This document shows, piece by piece, positions 1-7,772 of a stretch of 64,000 bases of DNA. The notes below the pieces were generated by a model that saw only the letters and a list, made by a program, of their open reading frames with translations, did no database searches and was not told where the DNA came from. The stretch's first letter is position 1. The number at the start of each line of letters is the position of its first letter. Made by a program: the position numbers and the translations under genes. Source of the DNA: Alphaproteobacteria bacterium (GTDB taxonomy: Bacteria; Pseudomonadota; Alphaproteobacteria; Rhodobacterales; Rhodobacteraceae); the NCBI GenBank assembly GCA_030429495.1, contig JAUIFH010000012.1:1896-65895 (forward strand), in the 5' to 3' direction.

Positions 1-2
1 GC

Positions 3-46
3 TGGTTTGGACCAATTATTTGATTTGGTGCTTTTGGTTCAGACCA
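3..46. promoter_or_regulatory. Two TGGT-N4-ACCA palindromes (3-14, 35-46); candidate FadR/GntR-subfamily operators
   Basis: TGGTTTGGACCA and TGGTTCAGACCA in an AT-rich upstream region; resemble PdhR/LldR-type TGGT..ACCA boxes; GntR gene nearby. Confidence 0.6.
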
Positions 47-151
47 GATTGCCTAACTGGTTCCATGCCTGTCAATAAATTAAATTGCACCGGGATAATA
101 ATCTTGCCGAAAGGGACTCCCCTTGGAACGGAAATGGCCTAATCATGACGT

Positions 152-1447
152 ATGAGCTCAGGCAGTTTCGCGCACAGGCTGGCAGTAAGGGGGTCGCTTC
201 CGCGGCTGACGGCGGGCGTGGCGGATACGATCAATATCGGCTTTCTCGCCCCCCTGACCGGACCGGTGGAGGCATGGGGCCTTCCTGGGCTAAACGGTTG
301 TCATATCTGGACTGACAGCATCAATCGCGACGGCGGCCTCGTCCTCGGCGGGCGCCGGCGCCACATCCGGATCATCCCGTTCGACTGCGGCTATGACCCG
401 GCCCTGGCGCTTCAGGGCGTTCGGCGGCTGGTGCAGGATCATGACATCAAACTTCTGCTGACTCTGGGGGGCGACATCCTGACCCCGATCATCGATTACC
501 TGACCGATCGGAAGATCCTGACGGCCACGCTGCTGCCGAGCGACCTGTCACCAGACACGCCCTACCTGATCGCGCCAAGCGAATCACATCCGATCTACAA
601 CGTCACCGCGATCGACTGGCTTGCACGGACGCGGCCGGAACTGCGCCGGATCGCACTGTGCTCGCAGACCGACGCGCTGGGGCTCCCGTCGCTCGCGACC
701 TATCGCGCGGCATGCGCGGCCGCCCGCATCTCGGTCGTGAAGGAAGTGCAGTACGATCCGCGCGACATCGACGCCACCGGCATGGTCCAGTCCATGATGG
801 CCGAAGACCCGGAAATCTTGTGCTGGTGCACCAGCTACACACCGATGGTCCACGCCCTGACCGAAGCTGCGTACAAGGCCGGGTTCAAGGGCCAACTCCT
901 GTCCTGCACCCTCGATTCCTACAAGCGCCTGACCGGGCGGACCTCACCCGCCTTCATGGAGGGCTTCATCTTCCAGTTTCCCGATTTCGACGATCCGGAG
1001 CTGGCGCAAAAGGCGTTTTTCTTCAACCGCCCCAAGGACTTCTATACCGAGTACCAGCGGCGGTTCCCGCACAGCTGGACGGCCGTGTCCTGGGAATACG
1101 CAGCCATTCTCGATATCTGGCGTGCAGCGGTGGAACGGGCCGGCAGCGTAGCGCCGGTGTCCGTTCTCGCCGCGATGAAGCAGTCCGGCGCGGTCATGCA
1201 CGCCTTCGGCCCCGCACTCTGGTGGGGGTTGGACATGTTCGGGATCGACAATGCCCTGATCGGCGACTGGCCGGTCGTGCAGATCCAGAACGGCCGCGCG
1301 CGTATTGTCGAGTTCGGGTCGATTCCGGCATGGCTGGAGCGCCACGGCGCGCTGCTGCAGGAGCAGATGATCGCGCTTGGCCAGATGTGGGATCAGCGCC
1401 AGACGCGGTCGGGGCAAGCCGCCCCCGTATCCCGGCGCAGCCTCTGA
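152..1447 (+). CDS. Type-1 (LIV/AmiC-like) solute-binding protein with no recognisable signal peptide
   Basis: INIGFLAPLTGPVEAWG N-terminal motif of the branched-chain amino-acid-binding fold; no hydrophobic h-region. Confidence 0.75.
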   Translation: MSSGSFAHRLAVRGSLPRLTAGVADTINIGFLAPLTGPVEAWGLPGLNGCHIWTDSINRDGGLVLGGRRRHIRIIPFDCGYDPALALQGVRRLVQDHDIKLLLTLGGDILTPIIDYLTDRKILTATLLPSDLSPDTPYLIAPSESHPIYNVTAIDWLARTRPELRRIALCSQTDALGLPSLATYRAACAAARISVVKEVQYDPRDIDATGMVQSMMAEDPEILCWCTSYTPMVHALTEAAYKAGFKGQLLSCTLDSYKRLTGRTSPAFMEGFIFQFPDFDDPELAQKAFFFNRPKDFYTEYQRRFPHSWTAVSWEYAAILDIWRAAVERAGSVAPVSVLAAMKQSGAVMHAFGPALWWGLDMFGIDNALIGDWPVVQIQNGRARIVEFGSIPAWLERHGALLQEQMIALGQMWDQRQTRSGQAAPVSRRSL

Positions 1448-1449
1448 GC

Positions 1450-2226
1450 TCAGGCCTCTTGCAGGAGCAGCTTCTGCTCCTCGATCAGGTGGAGCTTGAT
1501 GAACTCCACCGCAGCCTCGATGTCGCGCGCGGCGATGGCGTTGAAAAGCGTGTTGTAACGCTGCTGGTAGTCGCCGATCCGTTTCGGGGTCAGGTGTCGC
1601 CGCAGCAGGGCAGAACGGAAATTCTGGCGACAGGCGTCGATCGTCAGTTCGTAACACGCGGCGAGAAGAGGGTTGCCCGTCCCGCTCGCGATCTGCCGGT
1701 ACAGTTCTTCCTCCTGGCGCGCGAATTCGGCGGCGTCGGTGCGCACCTGCTCCATCTGCGACAGCGTTTCGCCAAGGGCCTCGATCTGGCGCGGCGTCAT
1801 GTTGATGATGGCCAGCCGGACCATCTCCGGTTCGAGAATGCCCCGCACGACCAGATGGTGCAGCGGGCTCGTGTCCGAGGCCAGCGGCGATGGCGCGGAA
1901 TTGCGGCCGACATCACTTTGATAGGTGACGAAGCTACCGCTGCCGGCCCGCCGGCGGATCACGCGGCGCGTCTCCAGCACGTCAAGCGCTTCGCGGACGG
2001 TGTTGCGCGCCACCCCAAGCTCGGCAGCGAGCGTCCGCTCCGATGGCAGCCGTTCGTCGATCTCGTATTCCTTGGACTCGATCCGCGAGAACAGCGTGTC
2101 TATCACGCCCTGCACCGTCGCGCTGACGGGTTCCTGATCCGAAAAGGGGTCGATGCGGGTCGTCAAGCGGCACTCCGTATCTGCACACGTCGCGACGAGG
2201 ATAGTCCCGGAATCCGGGCGCAACAA
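1450..2226 (-). CDS. GntR/FadR-family transcriptional regulator (TmoR-like by context); start uncertain
   Basis: wHTH RLPSERTLAAELGVARNTVREAL followed by an FCD-like C-domain. Confidence 0.9.
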   Translation of the reverse strand: MLRPDSGTILVATCADTECRLTTRIDPFSDQEPVSATVQGVIDTLFSRIESKEYEIDERLPSERTLAAELGVARNTVREALDVLETRRVIRRRAGSGSFVTYQSDVGRNSAPSPLASDTSPLHHLVVRGILEPEMVRLAIINMTPRQIEALGETLSQMEQVRTDAAEFARQEEELYRQIASGTGNPLLAACYELTIDACRQNFRSALLRRHLTPKRIGDYQQRYNTLFNAIAARDIEAAVEFIKLHLIEEQKLLLQEA

Positions 2227-2243
2227 CCCGCCTCGGAACGCGA

Positions 2244-2270
2244 ACGGGCGGCCCTGACCGGGCCGCCCGT
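2244..2270 (-). terminator. GC hairpin downstream of the APC permease
   Basis: ACGGGCGGCCC-TGACC-GGGCCGCCCGT perfect 11-bp stem; weak U-tract. Confidence 0.5.
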
Positions 2271-2291
2271 CACAAGAGGCATTGTCTGGTG

Positions 2292-4085
2292 TCAGCCCGG
2301 GAGGACGAAGAACCAGTTTGCCCAGAGCACAATCGACGCGCCGAGGATCAGCGCGAGATAGGGCAGTATGCCCGCCTTCCGCTCGCCCAGATCGCCGTTG
2401 GACAGGCCGAGGTCCTCAAGCGCCTCAGCCGGGAACTTTCCGCCGTCCTGAACGAAGTGGCGGAACCAGAACACCGGAATGATCAGGGCCGCGAAGATGA
2501 CGCCGGACCAAAGTGCCCCCGAATAGCCCCACACTTTCGCACCCGCGCCAAGCAGCAGCGCATTGACGAAGGCGAGCAGCGTATTGAAGCCGATCAGAGC
2601 GGTCGGCGCCTTCCAGGGACGGTGCACGTGGCCCGAGTCGATGCGGTGAATCCAGCCCGCATTGAGGTTCAGGAAGTTGAAGGTCAGGTAGCCGACGTTC
2701 GAGATGGCGAGAACGTAGAAGTAGCCGCCCGCATCCGAGGCCAACGCCAGCAGGAAGAGGTTGAAGCCAAGGTCCGTCCACATGGCGTTCGTTGGCGCTC
2801 CGTGGTCATTCACATGGCTCAGGAACCGCGGCAGCCAGCCGTCGCGCGACCCTTGGTAGAGCGTCCGCGAGGACCCCGCCATCGCCGTCATGATCGCGAG
2901 GAAGAGCGCCATGATCATGAGGATCACGAAGATCTGCGCGATGACGTTGGAGGAGCTGACCATCGACCCCAGCGCATGGGCAATTCCGGTGCCGTCCACG
3001 ATCCCCGGATCAAGCATTCCCGCGGCCCCGAAGACGCCCTGGAACGAGAACGGGATGACGAAGTAGAAGATCGCACAGAGGATGCCGGAGAAGAAGATTG
3101 CCTTGAACGTGTCGCGCGCCGGATCCTTCATCTCCGCGGTGTAGCAGACCGCGGTCTCGAAGCCGTAGGTTGACCAGGCCGCGATGTAGAGCGCGCCAAG
3201 GAACAGCGTCCAGCCGCCGATATCCCACGATCCCGCATCGCCACCATAAGCGACGGTGGGCGGGACGATATCGCTCACGTTCATGTAGTCGATCGAGCCC
3301 GTCAGGATCGGCACGATGCCGACCAGGAAGAGCGGCACGAGAACGATCACAGCAAGGATCTTCTGCGCCCGTGCGGTCGAGGCGATGCCGCGATGCTGGA
3401 TCGCGAAAATGATCAGCATCAGGACCGCACCGATCACGAAGGTCGAGTTGAAGTGAAGCGTGCCAAGGCCCGGGACCGTGATGTTGAAGGCTTCCCAGAC
3501 ACGGGCAGCCGGGGTCAGCGCCTCGATCGCGGCAGAGGTCGACACTGCCGCGATCGCGTCGGCAACCTGAACGCCCGCATTCGCCGTCATGTAGTCGACG
3601 ACCGCCTGGCTCTCTGCAGTGAACTGCGCCCCGTTTGCGGCGACCCAGTCAAGGACGACCTGGCTGTCGCCGGTCGGGATCGCGAAGAGCGCGTTGAGGA
3701 TATAGCCCGCCGCGATGGCGCATCCGAGCGACAGCACCGGCGACCAGGCGAACCAGTTGCACCAGACCGACAGCGGCGCGATCACCTTGGAATATCGAAG
3801 CCACGCCGTCGCGCCGTAGACCGAGGCGCCGCCTGACTTGTTACCGAACATGCCGGCGATCTCGGCATAGGTGAAGGACTGCGAGAAGCCCATGAACATC
3901 GAGATCATCCAGACCACGAAGGCCGCCTGCCCCGCCACGCCGGCGATGCCGCCGATCGAAAACAGGACGAGCGGCGGAACGCCCGCCGCGACCCAGAAGG
4001 CGCCGCGCCAGTCGAGCGACCGCTGCAGGCTTCCGGAGGGGGCGTAGGCCTTGTCGGGTAAGGCCGAGCTAGTCTCAGTTGGCAT
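2292..4085 (-). CDS. APC-superfamily amino acid/amine permease (TmoP-like candidate methylated-amine transporter)
   Basis: About 12 hydrophobic segments; motifs YAEIAGMF..SGGASVY and YGFETAVCYTAE; ATG at 4085 preceded by an AAGGAAA RBS. Confidence 0.85.
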   Translation of the reverse strand: MPTETSSALPDKAYAPSGSLQRSLDWRGAFWVAAGVPPLVLFSIGGIAGVAGQAAFVVWMISMFMGFSQSFTYAEIAGMFGNKSGGASVYGATAWLRYSKVIAPLSVWCNWFAWSPVLSLGCAIAAGYILNALFAIPTGDSQVVLDWVAANGAQFTAESQAVVDYMTANAGVQVADAIAAVSTSAAIEALTPAARVWEAFNITVPGLGTLHFNSTFVIGAVLMLIIFAIQHRGIASTARAQKILAVIVLVPLFLVGIVPILTGSIDYMNVSDIVPPTVAYGGDAGSWDIGGWTLFLGALYIAAWSTYGFETAVCYTAEMKDPARDTFKAIFFSGILCAIFYFVIPFSFQGVFGAAGMLDPGIVDGTGIAHALGSMVSSSNVIAQIFVILMIMALFLAIMTAMAGSSRTLYQGSRDGWLPRFLSHVNDHGAPTNAMWTDLGFNLFLLALASDAGGYFYVLAISNVGYLTFNFLNLNAGWIHRIDSGHVHRPWKAPTALIGFNTLLAFVNALLLGAGAKVWGYSGALWSGVIFAALIIPVFWFRHFVQDGGKFPAEALEDLGLSNGDLGERKAGILPYLALILGASIVLWANWFFVLPG

Positions 4086-4443
4086 GTTGTTTCCTTTTCC
4101 CTGTTCCTGGCGCGCTTGCCGTCTGACGCCTGCGACATTCCGAGCCGATTGTTGTCGACCACAGGGCGTCGTCGACGCGCCGCGTTCGACTCGGGAACCA
4201 ATTTGCCGCAGATTCTTGCGCCAACAAAGCAAAAATTTGCCTGCTATGAAATAATCATTCACTTTGAGCATTATTGGTCGCAACTGGCGCCATTTTGGGC
4301 GGACCGGACTGGACCAATCCCCTCAGGAAATTTTCTTGACAGGATGCCGCACCTGAAGTTTCCTGTGCTTTAAAAAAGTTTACGAACGGAAAAGCGTGGG
4401 AGCGCGGTCCGGTAAGCTCAAAGTCAAAACAGAGGGAGAGAAA

Positions 4444-4731
4444 ATGTCAGATCTGACGACACGCATTGAAAAGATGCACCGGCGCGACGTGACCGTCGCC
4501 TGGGCATTCGTAGCGGGCCTCTGGCTCGCCATCGGCTTCGTGGCATGGGCGACATGGGACCTTGCGCCGACCGGCTCGGCCCGGGTCGTGTTGCTTATCG
4601 GCGGCGCGGCGGTGCTGGTGTTCAACACGGCGGCCATCATGGCGATGCTGCGCCATTACCGCGAGGACCGGGACTTCATGTACGGCCTCGACATCAAGTT
4701 CCTCGACGCCGCCCGCGCGGCACGGAGGTAA
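4444..4731 (+). CDS. Small hypothetical membrane protein (2 TM)
   Basis: GGGAGAG RBS, ATG 4444, two hydrophobic helices; first gene of the operon. Confidence 0.75.
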   Translation: MSDLTTRIEKMHRRDVTVAWAFVAGLWLAIGFVAWATWDLAPTGSARVVLLIGGAAVLVFNTAAIMAMLRHYREDRDFMYGLDIKFLDAARAARR

Positions 4732-4736
4732 CGCAG

Positions 4737-5117
4737 ATGGCGCGCTACACACCTCCCAGCCAGAGCAGGCTTGGTCAGATCGTTGACGTTGTCGTCCTGC
4801 TGGCGATGACAATCGGGTCGCTCTACATCCCACTTTGGCTCAAGCTCGCCGGCAGCGATCAGACCGCCAATATCCCCGAGAACCCGACCTGGGAAAGCCT
4901 TGGCCAGAACCCCGTCATGGTCGAGAAATGGACGCAGCTCGGCTATGCCGATCCCGCTTCCGCGGCGGAGCTGATCACCAGCCGCTTCGACTATTCGTTC
5001 TCGGTCGGCAGCCTGTTGGCGATGATCGTCGTCATCGTCGGCTACTACACGATCATGCTGCGGTTCTCCGAGAAGGAGTATCGCGAAGTTATCACCGAAA
5101 AGTTCAACGGCGACTGA
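4737..5117 (+). CDS. Hypothetical membrane protein (2 TM with a periplasmic loop)
   Basis: GGAGG RBS then MARYTPPSQ; TM-loop-TM pattern. Confidence 0.75.
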   Translation: MARYTPPSQSRLGQIVDVVVLLAMTIGSLYIPLWLKLAGSDQTANIPENPTWESLGQNPVMVEKWTQLGYADPASAAELITSRFDYSFSVGSLLAMIVVIVGYYTIMLRFSEKEYREVITEKFNGD

Positions 5118-5135
5118 GGCGGGGGGAGCTAAGTC

Positions 5136-5303
5136 ATGGATATCTGGAACATAATGGAATACGCGGCATGGGCGCTTGCCGCGATCTTCGGCCTTATCAT
5201 CGTTGCCGACTGGCTCAGAACCGACAGCACCTATTCCGAGGACGTTCTCATGTCCTCGCGGGAAGGCGAGCTTGAGGCGATGACCGAAGAGCACAAGATC
5301 TGA
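5136..5303 (+). CDS. 55-aa single-TM protein (absent from the ORF track)
   Basis: GGGAG RBS; MDIWNIMEYAAWALAAIFGLIIVADWLRTDSTYSEDVLMSSREGELEAMTEEHKI*; fills the gap to the next gene. Confidence 0.75.
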   Translation: MDIWNIMEYAAWALAAIFGLIIVADWLRTDSTYSEDVLMSSREGELEAMTEEHKI

Positions 5304-5313
5304 GGGGGCGGAG

Positions 5314-6729
5314 ATGACCGATTTCGACATTACCTCCGGCGAAGCCGACGGCATGGGACCGCGCGGCGCTAAAGTCGGACTGCTTCGGGTGCTCGGGCCG
5401 GCGCATGTGTGGGCGCTTGGCGTGGGCATCGTTCTGGTCGGCGAGTACATGGGCTGGAACTTCGCCGTCGGAAAGGGCGGCGCCTATGCCGCGCTGATCG
5501 CATGCTGGTTCGCGGGGCTGCTTTATTCCTGCGTCGCGATGATCGACAGCGAGGTGACATCGACCGTCGCCGCCGCCGGCGGCCAGTATACGCAGGCCAA
5601 GCATATCGTCGGCCCGCTGATGGCATTCAACGTGGGTCTCTACCTCGTCTTCGCCTACACGATGCTTGAGGCGGCCAACGCGATCACCGTTGGCTTCCTG
5701 ATCGACACCGTCGCAGTCATGTCGGGACATGACGGACTCGACCAGAGGCCGTTCATCGTTCTGGCGATCATGTTCCTTGCCTGGCTGAACTATCGCGGCG
5801 TGCTGGCGACGCTGACCTTCAGCCTCGTGATCACTGCGATTGCCTTCAGCGCGATCATCATCCTGTTCCTCGCCACCTCGCCCATCTTCGGCGGGGATGT
5901 GCTGCGTCACAAGGAACTGATCACCGACCTGCCCTATGGCTGGCTCGGCATTCTCGCAGCCATGCATTTCGGCCTGTGGTACTACCTCGGCATCGAGGGC
6001 ACGACCCAGGCCGCCGAGGAGGTCCGCTCCCCCGCCCGCGCCCTGCCCTTCGGGACGCTGGCCGGGATCATGACCCTGCTGATCGCCGCGACGCTGACAT
6101 GGTATGTCTGCGTCGGTCTGATGCCGTGGGAATACCTCGGGCAGGCGGGGGTGCCGCTCTTTGATGCTGCACGTCTTTCCGGATCGACCTTCCTGATGAT
6201 CCTCCTCGGAATCGGCACGCTCTTCGCGACGCTGGCCTCGGCCAATGGCTGTATCAACGACGCCTCACGCGCCTGGTTCGCCATGGGACGTGATCACTAC
6301 CTGCCGTCTTGGTTCGGCGCAGTGCATCCGGTCTACCGGACGCCGTATCGGTCGATCATCTTCCTGGTGCCGATCGCGCTCATCTTCGCGCTTGGCGCAC
6401 CGCTGGATCAGGTGATCACCTTCTCGATCCTGTCGGGGCTTCTGGAATACACGTTCATGCCGATCAACGTGATCCTGTTCCGCAAGAAATGGCCGCTCGA
6501 CACGATCAAGCGCGGATACGAACACCCGTTCCATCCGCTGCCGGCCATCGTTCTGCTGTGCCTTTGCGGCATCGCGTTCTTCGCGGTGTTCCTGGGCTAC
6601 GGCACGCAGCTCGTCGCGATGATCGTGTTCTATGTCATCGTGTCGCTCTGGTTCCACTTCTGGCGCTATCGCTTCGTGCGCCGGGCGGAGCAGTTCACGA
6701 TGCCATGGCCACGCCCGCAAGGGTACTGA
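5314..6729 (+). CDS. APC permease, ethanolamine-permease(Eat)-like; candidate methylamine transporter
   Basis: LLRVLGPAHVWALGVGIVLVGEYMGWNF and YLGIEGTTQAAEEV motifs; about 12 TM. Confidence 0.88.
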   Translation: MTDFDITSGEADGMGPRGAKVGLLRVLGPAHVWALGVGIVLVGEYMGWNFAVGKGGAYAALIACWFAGLLYSCVAMIDSEVTSTVAAAGGQYTQAKHIVGPLMAFNVGLYLVFAYTMLEAANAITVGFLIDTVAVMSGHDGLDQRPFIVLAIMFLAWLNYRGVLATLTFSLVITAIAFSAIIILFLATSPIFGGDVLRHKELITDLPYGWLGILAAMHFGLWYYLGIEGTTQAAEEVRSPARALPFGTLAGIMTLLIAATLTWYVCVGLMPWEYLGQAGVPLFDAARLSGSTFLMILLGIGTLFATLASANGCINDASRAWFAMGRDHYLPSWFGAVHPVYRTPYRSIIFLVPIALIFALGAPLDQVITFSILSGLLEYTFMPINVILFRKKWPLDTIKRGYEHPFHPLPAIVLLCLCGIAFFAVFLGYGTQLVAMIVFYVIVSLWFHFWRYRFVRRAEQFTMPWPRPQGY

Positions 6730-6748
6730 CGCTGGCCGCGACAACAAC

Positions 6749-6776
6749 AATGGCCCGCCCCCGAAGGCGGGCCATT
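6749..6776 (+). terminator. Intercistronic hairpin (terminator or mRNA-stabilising stem)
   Basis: AATGGCCCGCC-CCCGAA-GGCGGGCCATT; no U-tract. Confidence 0.45.
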
Positions 6777-6795
6777 CGAATACGGAATAGCAGCA

Positions 6796-7494
6796 ATGGA
6801 AAAACTATGGCTTGGGATGCTGGCAGCCGCGCTCGGAACGGGCGTGGTTGTCCTTTTTCTGCAATCCATCCGTGCTGCAAGGCTGAGAGCCTCCACGCGG
6901 GCTGCGTATTTCGATGCCTGTTCGGCGCTTTTCACCTCGCCTCGCGTCCGGGTCGAAGACGGCGGCTTCCCCCGGCTGGCCGGCCGCTATGGTGGTGTGG
7001 ACTTTGACCTTCGCGCGGTGCCGGACACGCTAACCTTCCGCAAGCTTCCGGCGCTTTGGGTCCTTGTGACCCTGCCCTGCCCTCTGCCGCTTAGGGCCAA
7101 GCTGGACCTGATGATGCGGTCCACAGGGCTTGAGACGTTCTCGAATTTCCATACCCTGCCCGAGCAGATCGCGGCGCCACCCGGCTTTCCGGAAGAAATC
7201 ACGATACGGACCGATGACCGCCACGCGCTGCCGCCGGATTCGCTGCTTCGCGAGCATCTCGATCTTTTCGACAATCCGGCGGTCAAGGAACTGGTTCTCT
7301 CGCCGAAAGGCCTTCGCATCACCCTGCTTGCAGAAGAGGCGAACCGTGGCCGCTACCTGATCTTTCGCGACGCGGAGGTGGGCGTGACGCCGCTGCCGCC
7401 CGGGCGCCTTGCCCCTTACCTCGACAAGCTGGTGGCGATCAGGGGGCAGATCCTGAGCCTGTCGTCAGCACGACACGAAAGCACCGGCACATGA
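6796..7494 (+). CDS. Hypothetical protein with N-terminal membrane anchor
   Basis: 232-aa ORF, hydrophobic N-terminus; ATGA overlap with the next gene. Confidence 0.7.
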   Translation: MEKLWLGMLAAALGTGVVVLFLQSIRAARLRASTRAAYFDACSALFTSPRVRVEDGGFPRLAGRYGGVDFDLRAVPDTLTFRKLPALWVLVTLPCPLPLRAKLDLMMRSTGLETFSNFHTLPEQIAAPPGFPEEITIRTDDRHALPPDSLLREHLDLFDNPAVKELVLSPKGLRITLLAEEANRGRYLIFRDAEVGVTPLPPGRLAPYLDKLVAIRGQILSLSSARHESTGT

Positions 7495-7772
7495 AACACC
7501 CCCTGAACCCGTTCCTCGTCCTTGCCGCCGCGCTTGTCCTTCCCGGCTCGGGTCAGGTGGCGAACGGCCAGCCGCTGCGCGGGCTGACGTTCCTTTTCTT
7601 CATTCTCCTTCTGGGCGGCTACACTCTGAAGACCGCAGGCCCCGACGTCTCGATCATCGGCAAGCTGGCGGGCGGGATCTTCGTCTACGCCATGTCGCTT
7701 TTCGATGCCTACAAGCACGCCCGCATCCGCACCGAAATCTGGCGCCACCGGAATGCGGGCGCGGGTCAGTAA
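7491..7772 (+). CDS. Small hypothetical membrane protein
   Basis: LVLPGSGQVANGQ..RGL motif (TM2-like) and three hydrophobic segments. Confidence 0.7.
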   Translation: MKHPLNPFLVLAAALVLPGSGQVANGQPLRGLTFLFFILLLGGYTLKTAGPDVSIIGKLAGGIFVYAMSLFDAYKHARIRTEIWRHRNAGAGQ

